DNA of 64,000 nucleotides from Vermamoeba vermiformis (lineage: Eukaryota): assembly GCA_045837725.1 (NCBI GenBank), contig JBEWZL010000076.1, forward strand, positions 434,001 to 498,000, in the 5' to 3' direction. Under the pieces are notes generated by a model. The model had not been told where the DNA came from. It saw only the letters and a program-made list of their open reading frames with translations, and ran no database searches. How positions within the stretch are numbered: the first letter of the stretch is position 1; every line of letters starts with the position of its first letter. Made by a program: the position numbers and the translations under genes. This document shows, in pieces, positions 48,553 through 61,940 of this stretch.

Positions 48553-48834
48553 AATTAGTGCAAACACTCGGCGAAAATACTTGCAATGTACTATTAATAG
48601 TCGCGTCTTTTTTGTAAATTGAACTTCGATTAAATAGCCTTATTTGAACGTGTCTTTGCACAAGTTCATTACGTGTCATCGAGTATTTATAATTACACCT
48701 AGTCTCATGCATCAGAGTGCCAGCGAGGGGATGTCAAGTACATCCGATGTGTAAGATTAATTGTAATTGTTAGGAGACACCTTTAATATTGCAAAGTACA
48801 AATACCGGTCAACACAGCTCTACTATCACATCAC

Positions 48835-49020
48835 CTACTTGCGCTGCTTGCTCTCCTTCACGCACGCGTTGTAAGTCTCGATCTGCACGCTACATCTGCG
48901 CTCTTGATAATTGTTCTGCTGCAGACAGCTCTGAATCTCGCATGCTAGACGATGGCAGGGGTCTGTGGCACTCTGTTTAGTACTGCTTTGTGCACTGTTC
49001 TTCGCTGTTGTGTCGCTCAT
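48835..49020 (-). CDS. CMC4: Twin CX9C mitochondrial intermembrane-space protein, Cmc4/MTCP1-like
   Basis: DPCHRLACEIQSCLQQNNYQERRC.........C. Confidence 0.8.
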   Translation of the reverse strand: MSDTTAKNSAQSSTKQSATDPCHRLACEIQSCLQQNNYQERRCSVQIETYNACVKESKQRK

Positions 49021-49114
49021 CGTGTTCTATTCAAGCAATTAAAATAAGGTGCGCAGATGTGACTTTTTCAACTTAATTTCTGTTGTTGTAACAACACGAC
49101 CGCACTGTACAGCT

Positions 49115-50431
49115 ATGGCGAACACATCACATGCTCAAAAGCCACGTTCAGTGCGCATTGAACCACTCTTCGTGCCTGAATTGAAAGATCTCGCGCAGAC
49201 TTTTGAATCTGCATTGAAAGCTAATTTTAAGCTTGTAAGTGCGGCATATATTGCACAAATATTATATGCACGATATTGTGTGGCACCAGGATGAAAGTAG
49301 CCAGTACAAGATTTAATTTTAATTGATACGTTTCCTACAAATAATAATATGCCATATAAGGCAATAGCAGTGACTCTCACGACCAGGCTGCACTTCCTAA
49401 TTTAGCAACTAACCATGTGCAGGTGGAGGTAGAAACAGTCACGTGTCCAGATCTGCGTCAGTGGGGGCTCGCTTCCGAGGGTTTGACTTCCCAATTAGGA
49501 AAGAGCGGTCAAGGCACGCAGAACGATGCGCATCTAAAAATAGGCACCAATCAGGTGGCAAGTGGCACGCACGAGAATGCGCAGTACGTGGTGGACATTG
49601 GTGGCGTGGACAACATGCACTACACGGCCAATCACAGCTATTTTTGGAACTTTGAGGACATTGCCGCTGCTGTCAACTGCAAAGATGCCTTTTTTGTCGG
49701 GGCAGGTGCCAGCAGCAAGCACGTGACCGGTGACAACTGCGAACTGATGCCCAACACGCACGTGCACCACACTTGTGCCAGCAAATCTGCGGAGGTCGAT
49801 CCGAACTCTGGCCGCTGTGTGCTGGTACGCACTTGCCTTATTTGGTAACGCATCTTCGCTGACTTTCCATATTTAGAAAGAGTACCAGAGCAACGAGTTC
49901 GGCACGCTGTGCAATGTGTACGGGTCACAGGGTCTACCAGGGCCTGTCATTCGTGTCAGCTGTCACGTGCGCACTGGCGCGGACAATCCGATCACGTGTC
50001 TGCGCAAAGCACTCATTGCCCAATATGGTACTGAGCGCATGATCGGTATCGGCGGAGTATTTCAGATTCAAGAAGGCACGATCAAAAGTCACGTGATGCC
50101 CAATTTTCCTAATAAGGATCTGTTGGACATGACGCAGGTCAATGAGTGGCTCAAGTTCTATCACGTGCCTCTCACGCCGTCCAATCCAGCCACGTGCCTG
50201 AGTGTGTTCGTGAATGCCGATCCACTCAATCTCGGCTTGAGATTGGACCACACACACTTCTACCAGGGCCTCAGTGCAGATCCGAGTGCGGGCCTGGACG
50301 GACACGGCACAGGGCACGGCGGACACTATCACTACGACACCTCGCCCGAGATTGTCAAGTACGTTGGGTACTTCTCACCCGCGCAGTACTTGGCGCGTGT
50401 GGATCCTGCAGTGGCACCTGGCACCCATTGA
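49115..50431 (+). CDS. DUF1907 / C11orf54-like Zn ester hydrolase
   Basis: CPDLRQ.GLASEGL, VDIGG, GAGA, NCELMPN, HVMPNF, LRLDHTHF, GGHYHYDT. Confidence 0.88.
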
Positions 50432-50518
50432 ACACGCAATCGATTAACGGTGTTTATAATTACTAAAAAAGGAAGTCCTATTTACAAAGTGTCACGTTGG
50501 TAATATTTCCAAAATTGT

Positions 50519-52544
50519 TTAACTGTTGCGCTGCGAGGCACGGTTGAAAGTGGTCATGGAGACAGCATTGCCATCTTTGGCAGTGCTATTATTAGCGCTC
50601 TGTTTACTCGCAGTCTTGTTGTTGTTGGCATTGGACTGCGCTGCATTGCTGGCACTCTGATCGTCGATGAACTGCGCATTGAGCCAGTCATTCCACTTGC
50701 GGTAGTGGATCTGCTTGGCGCGGTCCCACAGCGCGTGTGCATCGAGATTGCAGGGCTGTCCTTGCAGCGTGCGATTGAGCTTGATGCCGACGGTGAGCGT
50801 GAAGAAGAACTCGCGCTTCATGTCCTCAATCTCGGCCAAGAACTCCTCTTTGACGCCACTCACCTCGTGCAGCAGCAGTCGACGGCGCAGCTGTTGTGCT
50901 TCAGTGCGCAGCTGATCGAGTTCGCGCTGATAGTACTCGAAGGTCTTCTTCTTAGCCTTGCTCTCCGTCGTCTTCTCTTGCAGCAGTCGTTGCAACTAGT
51001 GTCAAAGGCGTCAGTCAGTGCTACACCACACCTAGATATTAGATAACACTACGCACAGTCTGTGAGAGGAATGAGTTCTGTGTCTGGTGCGCTTGATTCG
51101 CCACGCGTGCATTCTCCAATTCTTCGACCAGACGTCGGATCTGCTCCTTGCTGCTCGGTGGCTTGGTGCCACTCGTGCCAGCAGTGCTCGTGTCCTCCGT
51201 GTAGCCCGTGGAGCGACGAATCTCTTTGAGCTGATGTCCGAGCTTGGCGAACTGTTCGTTCTTGGACTCAATCTCTTGCTTGAGGAAGTCGAGTTCGTTC
51301 TCGAGCGCCACTTGTCTGTTCTGCAAGATGTCGTTCATCTCCTCACTGCGGTGCAGCTCGTCACTCGCGCGATAGAACTCGTGCTCCACCGCACTCAGCT
51401 TGGCCTCCAACTCGCGCACCACCGCACTGTCCACGTGACTCGTGCTGTGCTGATCGGTCACGTGCTCCTCGCTGATCACGTGCTGCGGCTGCGTCTCCAG
51501 GGCCACACGCTTGCGTTCGAGTGCAGTCTCTCGCTCGCGCAGTGCTCGACTGGTCTCGTCGAGGTCACGCTCGCGCTCCACCACTGCACTCTCGCGCCGC
51601 TTGAGGGCCTCTTCTTGCTGATGAATGAACTCGTGGCGTTGTGCCAGCACTGTCTCGCGCTCATTGAGCTGCTGACTCTGCACTTTGAAGTGTTCTTGCT
51701 GCAGTTCAAACATCTTGTGCGTCTGTTCGTACTGGCGCACTTTGAACGACAGCTCCTCGCTCTGTTCGCGCACACTCTCGCGCTGATCTTGCGCACGTGA
51801 CTCGAGTTCTTCCACCTCTTTGACACGTCGCTCCATGTCACCCTCTGACACGCGCAGTTGTTCGTCACGTGATTTGAGATCTGATTCTTTGCGTTGCAGT
51901 TCTTCGCGCAATTCTTCAATTCTTTTCTCCTCGCTCTTCAGTCGCTCGTTCATTGTCTCCAAGTCACGTGCTCTGTCCTCGAGATCACGTGTCTGTTGTT
52001 CCAATTGTTCCGCGCGTCGTCTGAGATCCGCGTCGAGTGCAGCCACTTGACTCTGCTGCTGCTTGAGGTCACTCGTCGACTTGCTCACTGCACGCGTCTC
52101 TTCGACCAAGCGCGCCTCGACTCTGCGCACTGCTGACAGCGCGAGCAACAGCTTGGTCACATCAATGTCACGTGCTTGCATCACCGCTGCAGTGCCTAAT
52201 TTGTCCACGTCATCAATCGTGTCTTCCAGCTCTAAAAATAGCTCCAGTCAGATCTGCGTCAGCGAGTGCATGCAGCACGTACCTATGAGCTGCGGTATAG
52301 TCTTGAACAACGAGTCTTCGCCGCTCTTCAGCTGCGATTGTGATTTGGTGCGCAATAGACTCGGCGCACTGCCGTTCAGTGCCGCTACATCTGCTGCGTC
52401 GAAAGAAGGACGAGGACTCGTACGACTACTGCGCACTGCTACTATATGAGGGCGTACTGGCAGCTCTTGGGGCTCAATGTCTGTTTCTTTGCCGCTATCA
52501 ATAAATTCGCTCAAGTCTGCTGTCTGATCTGGTTGATCTGTCAT
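50519..52544 (-). CDS. Long coiled-coil protein with a small C-terminal helical domain, 3 exons
   Basis: Over 350 aa rich in E/Q/R/L heptads; C-terminal KREFFFTLTVGIKL...LWD.......WNDWL. Confidence 0.75.
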
Positions 52545-52844
52545 TCTAATTTAAACTTGGCCGTAAATATATTACAAAATTATTGGCTATTATTTGGTAT
52601 TATTTTAATTTTATAGATAATTCTTTGTGAAGCTGAAATTTTGTTCCTATAATTCCTCTGGATCTCACTGCGATAAATGTTCAGCTGCAATATATTAATA
52701 TCCAATACGGTGTTCTTATGCATACAAATCACACAATCGGGTCGTGTTCTATTTCCCGAATTTGCTAACTCTAATCGCGACTTAATGCGCATTTAAGTCA
52801 CCCAATTTTTCGCACGAACTTTCCTGTCCATCGATAAGCGCAGT

Positions 52845-54894
52845 TTATTTACAGAATATATTTACAATACGCGCTTCACTGCCTAAAGGGGCACCGCATA
52901 TGATATCGTTCTTCGGCGATGCATTCGAGGGTTTTAAAGTCAGATGTGCCGTGGTATACCCTTGCTGTTCAGCATACACATTACGATCATAATTGATGAG
53001 GCTACGAGAGCAAAGGATGTGTTATTATACGATGGTTTGGAAATGACCGCTACACATACCCCATGGCGTGCTTGCCTAGCCAGTACGCAGTGGACTCCAC
53101 CTGACAGGCAGTCTGATCGGCACGTGACGCCAACAGTAGATAGTCCTCGAATGTTAGACCACACGTACTACCAAATAAGGAAGAGCGGGGATAGTGTATG
53201 CCAGCTCCACCGTGCCAGTTAGCGATGGCACCGAGACAGCAAGGCACGAGACAGTACGCTGCGCTGTGCTTGAGACAGTAGTCGAGCACGAGATCTGACA
53301 GCGCGCCACACGCGTGGAGTGCCAGACCGAGCGTGCACGTGACTGGCACTCTGCCATCGAGCACTGCTTGCACGTCGGCCAAGACGACTTGAATATTTTG
53401 CAATCCAAGGGCACGAATTCTTTTCTGTGCGAGACTGACACTGACCTGTGAAAAATACCGCTGAGTGACATGTGACACATTGATACTTTGGATGGTGACG
53501 TACATCATTCTTGTCGAGCAGTACGAATTGATTGTGCGGGAACAAGTACGCAAGCACGAGTGTCAGGTGACCGCTGCCCGCACAGAAATCTACCACGACA
53601 TCCCCTGGCTGACACGTGTCAATCGCGCTGTGGTGATGCATGTATAACGTACCTGAATCATACTGCCAATCACGTGCACGAGTCCAGCTACTTGATCTCG
53701 CTTGCGATCCAATCGTTGCTTCTGTTCGCCCAGACCACGTGATGGATCCAACTCGGCGGGACTGCGCGACCAGTCCACGTGATATTTGCAGGCCAATGAT
53801 CTATTTTTAGCATCAACGCGCACTCCTGCATCAATACCCCGCGTGTCGTCATCGTACGGCACGACAACATTGCCTAATTTGGCTATGACAGATTGCCAGG
53901 TGACAGCATTGCTGAGTGCGTGGTGATGCCGCCTGTCACTCACTGCGAGCTGCAGTTCAGGACCAGACGTGTAGCGCTGCGTGAACTGATGCCACTCCAT
54001 GTGGAACTGAACAGAGTGGTCAGTTGAGGTAATTCTAGCGCAGTATCAATTGATTGGTCGTACTGTGGTGTGCACGAGACTCGCCACATCCAACACCGAT
54101 AACTCTTTGTGCACTGTTCTGAATTGTACGACCTCTACTCTGTTCTGAATATACTCGAGCCATATTAATATGTTGACTGTCAGCTCCGCGAGGTGTGGAT
54201 GTAGTGCAGGCAGTGAGTACAAGACACGCTGGAAGCAGATCAGCCGTGCATAACTACGTGTAGAGCGACTAACTTACTATTACATGCTGCAAGAAAGGCA
54301 ACAAGATGAAGTCGATGATGGAGATGTAGCTCCACCCAATGTGAGTTCTACTCCTCAGCACGCGATTCAAGCGCAGTAACTCAGCCGGCACGTCACTGAT
54401 GCTCGGCACTTGATCGCCAACGATTTGTGCTTCAAAAACACGCCACTGAGCTAATATTTCTTCGTACCACTCGAACCATGGTGGCACCTAAGATAAAATT
54501 ATGAATTAGTCTCGTTGTATATTCACACTAAACTAGTGGATCGCGATCCAAAACGATAATTTTGTAATTTAGCGCCAAAAATATGCTTATATCTTACCAA
54601 CTTTTTTCCTGATTTTTTGAAGCCTAAATAATAACATTTTGGAATATTGTCCCACTTGCGATCTCGCGTTAATTCTGATTTGCCGGACCGTTGGTAATAA
54701 GTATTAAATAGCGCTGTTACTATGTCTCTAATACCCGTGTAACTGATGTTGCTCTCCACATTGATGAGCACTGGTCGGATCTGGTCTGTCAGTTGCAGCG
54801 GTGTCTCAGTCTCGAACACATGTCTGGCGAGCAACACTGACGCATTCAACACTGGATCTGCACTCAGCGCGAGAGTGAAGGGTGTGTGGTGCAT
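52845..54894 (-). CDS. GSTCD: GSTCD-like protein (GST C-terminal domain plus class I methyltransferase), multi-exon
   Basis: VDWSRSPAELDP, RLDRKRDQV, VVDFCAGSGHL, LALHACGALSD, VPCC.G, YPRS, SPKND. Confidence 0.85.
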
Positions 54895-55000
54895 GTCATT
54901 GAGCTTTACAACAAGTGCGTCATTTAAGGCAGAACACAGCTGACAATTTATTCGTGCCTCATTGGAGTACTATATACAACATGTCCTAGTCTACACGTGA

Positions 55001-56361
55001 CTAGTTCTTAGAGCCATCTTTTTCCAACTGCGCAGCTAACAGATTGTAGTGTTCGAGCACTGCTAGGTATACAAAAGTATATTGTTCCTGTGCAGCGCTC
55101 CATTAGTCATCGTGGTGGTGCATGATCAACAGCTTACCTTAGTCTGCACCATGCCATGTCGCTGTTGGCGCATGTCCAGCACGGTCTGTACAATGTTGAT
55201 GGTGGGCAGTGAATTGTGTTGTGTCACGTGATCGTTCATTTCATGAATGATGCGATGCACTGCGCAGAATGTGCCTGAACGACCAATCCCCGCACTGCAA
55301 TGCACGCAGATAGGTCCCTGCAGTGACAGTTATTCAGAGGTCTATCACGACTGGACGTATATAAATGTACGGTCAATTGCGCACGTACCCCACCAGTGTT
55401 GTAACTGTCCACCAAGTACAGCAGATTCAAGAACGAGCTCTGCACGGGCAGTCCATGATCAGCCCAGGCTGTGTACTGAAACTGCGTCAGTTCGCGCGTC
55501 ACTTCAGGACTCTGCGCATTGGTGACGGTGAATGTGCGCACAATCAACTGCGGCTCTTCTTGGCGCTTGACAAAAGTCACGGTGATGTTGTCGAAGGTGA
55601 GGGTGTTCTCTTCGGGCCAGTATCTGTTGCACTTGATCTGCAAGTACGCGTCAGTATGCGGTGACTGTCAGTAACATCGTGTTCAATGTCGCACCTTGCC
55701 GTTCTCAACCTCTTTGGTGAGCATGACAATCACGGAGACGTGTTGTTCCCTGTCAACTCAATTCGTCAGTCGCGAGTCACGTAACTGCGCTAGCTACACA
55801 CGCACCATATCATGCGCCAGAAGTCTGTTATAGTGTGCGCGAGAGGTCCTTGTGTGGATATATAGCGCTTCTTGTTGTTTTTCTCGCCCTGAACAGGATG
55901 ATTCAGATCAGCTAGAATTGGCGTAAGGTCGTACAACTAACCGTTATAAAATTCGCGTTGATATAATCAGAGCCAGGGTCGTTCGGAATTTCTTGTAAAA
56001 CAACGCGCGTCTCTTCGTCTGGAATTGTGTTGTCAGTTAAAGATCCGCTGTCATAAATAATATTAAGACTCACTAGGCAACACATTGTTATATCTATTTT
56101 TAAATCTATTTTCTATTTTGTTGGCAATATCGTAGTTGTTTTTAGTGTCTTGTTCTGCTGAAACCTTCTCCAAGTGCTTGGTTGTTTGAAATAATAATTA
56201 ATTTTTATTATTGTTAAGCGAATGATTTGCGTATCAATACTCACTTTAAATTCTGCCTCAAATCCATTGGCTTGTCCAGAATCGGGCAAACGTTCAAAAA
56301 GCTTTGTAACGTGCGTTGGAAGATCGGTGATCGGTTTTCCGAATTCTACAGGAGCAGCCAT
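55001..56361 (-). CDS. Classical protein tyrosine phosphatase, multi-exon
   Basis: KNRYNNVLP, SDYINAN, YISTQGPL, DFWRMIW, KCNRYWP, WADHGLP, HCSAGIGRSG, MVQTKEQY. Confidence 0.93.
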
Positions 56362-56691
56362 AGTGAGGGCACAAGCGAATAATAACCAATATTAAAGTGC
56401 GGCTCGATTGCAGTCAATGAGTTCTGGTCGCGAAGGGTGCTCAGTGCCGCAACAAGTCAATTCTAAACTTGACTTCGAATTTTTTGCGGACGCGCACAGC
56501 ACACAAACCTTTGGTCCCTCATTTTGACACCAACAAGCCCTTACTAATTTACTGTAAAGAAGAAGCTCGACATATCAAAGGCTATAGGCATTGTATGGGG
56601 GGGTAGAAAAAAGATCTTTAAAAAAACTAACTAATTACACTACACATCTTTTTTTGTTTAACGGTTTTTGTATTATTAAGGTTTAACAAGC

Positions 56692-58041
56692 TTATTCATC
56701 GTGAGCAGCCTTTTCAGCAGCAGCAAGCTTGGCTTTAATGTTCTGTTTGCGTTGCTCAAGGGTCAGCTTCTTGTGGTTGTAGGCCTTGGGTTTCTTGTCC
56801 TTGGGGTAAGCCTTCTTGGTGCTTTGGAAGGCGGGGTTGGCGCGGATGGCGGCGTGGGCTTTCTTGTACATGGCCTCGACCTTATCAGCGTCGATGCCAG
56901 CGGCGATGAAGCGAGCGAATTGCTTCTTGTATCTTTCTTCGTCCTCTTCCTTCAATGAGCGCATGTAGTCGGCAACATGACCACCCAAAATGTATTTGCG
57001 GAGAGTAGCAGCGTCGAACTTGTCGCTCTCAGCATCATAACCAGGGAATCTCTTGGTCTTGTGAGGGACCTTCAAGCCACCATCAACGGCACCCTTCAAG
57101 ACAGCAAAGACACGAGCACCAGTGGAGGTACGGGCCAAACCAACATCGAGCAAGACGTTGAATGGTCGAGGACCGTCGGCGTTGTCTTCAACGAGGTAGA
57201 ACTCACCGTTGGGATCCTTGACACCAACATACTTGTCGGCCAAGTTGAGCTTAGTAAGCACTCTTCTGGCAATCAGCAAACCAGTGGCGTAGGCTATAGT
57301 TTAAATAAGAAGGAGTTAGTACGATGTGAGTTCAACAAATTTTACGACTTTCAGAAAATTTAAAATTGTTCCACAACGGTTATTTCAAAAAAGCGGGAAA
57401 AATTGCGCGACATCGATGAAAGGTCACAAAATGGCCAAGTCTCCAAAGCGATTACGAAACACTTACCAGCAGCGTAGTTAGTAAGACCGAGAGGGATTCC
57501 GTAACGAGGAAGCTCGTGAGCGTAAGCAGCAGAGAGAACAACGTCGTGATCAATGGTGGCGTAGACGATTTGAGCAATAATATCGGTGTTGGTCTATATC
57601 GATTAATTTAATTAGTTACCCATCTTTGTTACTATTAACTTCGCGACATGTCAATAGTTTATGGTTGGATCGCGAATCTTCAACGAAACTTACAATGCGA
57701 ACAACGAGTCTGTATTTGTGGGTGTTGTATTTGTTCTTGTCTTGAGTGATCAATCTCTTACGGGCATAGTAGTCGGTCTTACCCTCTGTAATTATTTATT
57801 AAAATAATATTCTTCTTCGCTAATTATTATTATTTTAATTACCTCTTCTTCTTCTGTATTTAACTTGGAAGCGCTTGAAGTAAGCCTTGTTCTTAACAAC
57901 CTTAACGAATGGCTAAAATAATAATATTAATTATAATTATGTCGAGTAAAATATTAAGTAGGTCGAATAATCGCGTATTAATAAGCCATAATAATTGGTA
58001 TTTAATATATTTTAGTATTGGTAGGTGGTTAAACATACCAT
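56692..58041 (-). CDS. RPL5: 60S ribosomal protein L5 (uL18); first intron directly after the ATG
   Basis: [51 protein letters not shown]. Confidence 0.97.
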
Positions 58042-58139
58042 TGCTGATGATTGGACCTTTGTGTCTGATAGAAGGAGAACGGACAGATACAATAAACTTT
58101 TTTCAGACGAAAAAGATTGAAACCGTGAGAGGGGGGTGG

Positions 58140-58190
58140 TTAAGTCACGGTTTTTTTTTATCAATTTTATTTTTCGAACCGGTTAAGTCA
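58140..58190. promoter_or_regulatory. Two TTAAGTCA motifs in the RPL5/MMAA divergent promoter
   Basis: Copies at 58140 and 58183; the same motif occurs as inverted pairs at 17216-17240 and 52779-52800, both also upstream of genes. Confidence 0.45.
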
Positions 58191-58221
58191 TGACAAACAA
58201 CTCGCACAGCACCAAGTTAAA

Positions 58222-59641
58222 ATGCTTCGCCTTGGCTTTAGATCACTACGAAAGTGTATTTCTTCGCCACTTCGTACACACAGACTACCCGAATCGGTTG
58301 GTCAGTTCATCCGAAGATCATCAACATCCGCTGAAGTCTGTGATATTGATTCTCCTCAGTTGACCAATGAAAGCAAAAAAATATTAGAGCAACTGAGAGG
58401 GGGAAACAGGTGGGCCCTTGCTCGTGCTATAACTTTAGGTAAGTGATCTAGATTGCAACTTGTAGACCCTGTAATCCTTTTTGGGTCGTTTACTAATTAA
58501 TTAAGAGCGAATTTTATTAACTGAAAACATGTTTAGTTGAATCTACCAAATGGGAGCACCAACAACAAGCCCACGCGTTGATTAATGAGATACTCAAAAA
58601 TAAAAGTAAACTCGAAGCCGCAAATCAAATTGACGTAAGACCTGGGAGAACAATATTTATAGTGACTTTCGACTAATGTATACTTTATCATGATCCAGAC
58701 TTTTCGTGTTGGCATTTCAGGCTCGCCAGGAGTTGGCAAATCAACCTTTATCGATACTTTTGGTGTCTATTTGTCCAAACACCTCAACTATCCTGTTGCG
58801 GTACTGGTAAGTGCCAGTGAGGGCATAAACGCGTGAACTCACCTCCTCTTCTCAAGGCAGTAGATCCGAGTTCTACGGTGACAGGCGGGTCTATATTAGG
58901 CGACAGAACACGTATGCCCAATCTAACGCAGCAAGACAACGTGTTTGTGCGCCCTTCGCCGAGTCGAGGCACATTGGGCGGTGTGACCAAGAGCACCAAC
59001 GAGTCTATTCTGCTCTGCGAAGGTCGGTACTGTTGATAGTCTTTTGCGAGCGGTGCACTGACCGAGTGCTTATAGAGGCAGGATACAAAGTGGTGCTCGT
59101 TGAGACGGTGGGTGTGGGTCAGAGTGAGATCGCCGTCGCAGAGATGGTCGACTTCTTCCTCATGCTCGCACAACCAGCCTCAGGAGATGAACTGCAGGGC
59201 ATGAAGAAGGGCATTGTAGAGTCTGCAGATATGATTGTAGTGACTAAAGCGGACGGGGATCTGGTCAAGAAAGCAATGGAGACGCAATACGAGTACATGG
59301 CAGCAGTCAAGCTGATGAGACCCAAGTACCACGATCTCTGGCGACCAAAAGTCACGCGCTGTTCGGCAGTCACGGGCGAGAACATTGACAAGGTGTGGGA
59401 GACCATGCACAACTTCTGGGAATTGATGCGCAAGAACGGCGGCATTGCGGCCAGACGTGGTCAGCAGCGACAGGCGTGGATGTGGAAGTTGTTCGACGAC
59501 GAGTTGGAGCGACGATTCCGCAACAACACGACGATCAAAGAGCAACTGCCGCACATTGAGCAAGAGGTCAAACTCGGCACATTGAGCCCCACCCTCGCCG
59601 CGCATCAACTCGTGATTCAAATGTTTCAGAGCAAGAAGTGA
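58222..59641 (+). CDS. MMAA: MMAA/MeaB GTPase chaperone of methylmalonyl-CoA mutase, mitochondrial
   Basis: [55 protein letters not shown]. Confidence 0.94.
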
Positions 59642-59869
59642 AGTCACTGCGAGGAGCGAATGACTAGTCACACGATGAGGGCAGAGGAGGTGTTCATAGC
59701 ACAGGCGTGTCTTTACAAAAACAGGGTTATATTCAGTTTATATTACAAATTTCACAGACGAAGTGACACAGCACCTCACGCACAAGCACTGCTCACCTTG
59801 CTCGCTGTCTCACTCGCTCAAAAAATAAAACAGCAAGAGCATATTATCAGCACCGAGCTTAATCAGCGT

Positions 59870-61634
59870 TCAATCTTTCTTGTCTTCGAGTTCGCTGCAC
59901 TTGAACACGAGCACAGTGGTGTGGTCCATCTTGCCAGGGAACTTGTGCCACTCCAAGTCCATTTTGGTGGTGGGATTCTCTTCCATAAATGTCCGCGACT
60001 TGTGTGTCAGGTGCGTGCAGTACTCGAGCAGTCGTTGCGTCAGTTGCACGGGTGTTGGATTCTCTTGCGCCATTTGACCCAGCAAGTCCGCAGCATATTT
60101 CCGCTTCAATCGTCGCAAGTCATCTTCAGGCAGTCCTTCCCACGCCGAGAGATCATTCGCCAGCTGAGCCTTGCGATTGATCGTGCTAGCCACGCCATCG
60201 CTGCTGGAGAGATTGGTGTTGGAGCTCTTGCTGAGGGCACTGCTCTGATCGGGACTCGACGCTGATTTGACTGCCGTGTCGCGCGGCAGAGCAGAGGACT
60301 TGGACAGCTTGATGTGGCCCTTGCTCTCCAGCGCACTCTTGCTGCGCCGTCGACTGTCCTTGTCCTTGTTGTTCGGTGTGTTCGGTGTGCTCTTGCTCTT
60401 GGTCGTGTTGTTGTTGTTCTTGGTCGAGTGCTCGTCCTCGGACACTGACACTTCAAAGTCCCAGTTGAGTTCATTCGGCAGTTTGCCAGCAATCTGGGGA
60501 TCGAGATTGTCGTGACAGCCGTCCGTCATCAGAATCAGCGTGTCATTGGGCTCGCAGAAACAGTACACAAATTTGAGATTGCGCAGATCTGGATTGCCCT
60601 GTTCATCAGCAGGGCCGATGCGTCCTCCAGGGTCGGAGAGGTCTGTATTGAAGCGGTGATTGTTCGTCACATCGAATGCGCGGCGCAATTGGTGCGAATA
60701 ACGATAGGCAGCGCAGTCTCCGACTGATATGGCGACAAATATCCAGCCTGCTTCGTCTTTCTCTTTGGTGTCTATTTGCAGCACTAAGCCACCGAGAAAT
60801 GTTGTGGAGCCTAAGGGGCGAGTGGTCAGTACACTGTATGGCGGGATATTGGATCTGACTGCAATAATCGCGTGTGAAGGTGATCACGAGCTCTTAAATA
60901 GCATGGTGTATTTAAATATAGCACTACTTACCGGCCATAATTCCTTCGTCTTCGTTTTGATCTTCCAAAATTGTATTGTGTGCTGTATTCAAAGCGTTGA
61001 CAAGAACCGGGCCTAGAATAGCAACAATTATTTAACATGATCGTTGTATAATTAAATTTCAAAATTTTATTTTATCGAAGATACGAATGTATCTTGGTAA
61101 TTAATAATATAAAATGGTTGCAATTAATTACCTGCATCTCGAACAGTTTTGATTGTCTTCAGAGCAGTTTTATCCAAAAAGGACACAAATGTATCTTTCG
61201 CCACGTTGCTGGCTTTTTTTGGACGTGCGCCCCAATTACATCCGTCTGCTATGCACGCAACCGCCCCATTGACAAATGTCCTTACTCTAAAACTATCGCA
61301 AATAGGATCGCCATCGCGAGCATCGGGTGTGCGCATAGGATATGTCGAATGTGAGAGGCCGTAGCAGGTTGTTAGTGGAAAATTAGCTTGGTCAGATGGG
61401 GCATCAAACGGCCCACTCAGATTAAAACTGTTAAATAATATAATCGTTAATAATTGGAAATTTGCATAGTGTATCGATTATGCAATATATTATGCACCTT
61501 TTTTCATTATATTGAATTTTTTTGACTTTGATCTTGGGCAGAGTTTCATAGAGCTGGTTCTCCTCTGCAAAAACGTGGAACGGATTCACTCCTTTCCTCT
61601 TCAGCGGGGCTGAATTCGCCCTATTTTTGGACAT
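59870..61634 (-). CDS. PP2C-like domain protein (CG9801-like), multi-exon; start approximate
   Basis: STYP, GDPICD, IADGCNWG, GSTTFLGG, SVGDC, DPGGRIGP...PDLRNL, LMTDGCHDNLDP, GKMDHTT. Confidence 0.8.
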
Positions 61635-61940
61635 AGTAATCAGCTCCCAGTGTGTTTCATTCAAGGGCGATTCAGAAGCTTTGATAATTAACCGTGAAAA
61701 TATATGTTTTATTCGCCGCACAATCTCGCAGCAATCTCATTGCCCTAATTAGGCAAGTACCGATCGACAGTCTTGGAGGTACCCATTGTGGTATGCAATA
61801 TCGCACGATAAGCAGGATCAGATATTGAGAGTGATTCAATCATTGATAGACATTGCCAGCTGCTAATTAGGTGCAGCAAGCAGTGCTAATATCGATACAG
61901 GCACGTGATGAACAACTATTTACAAGCAATGTACAAGCCT

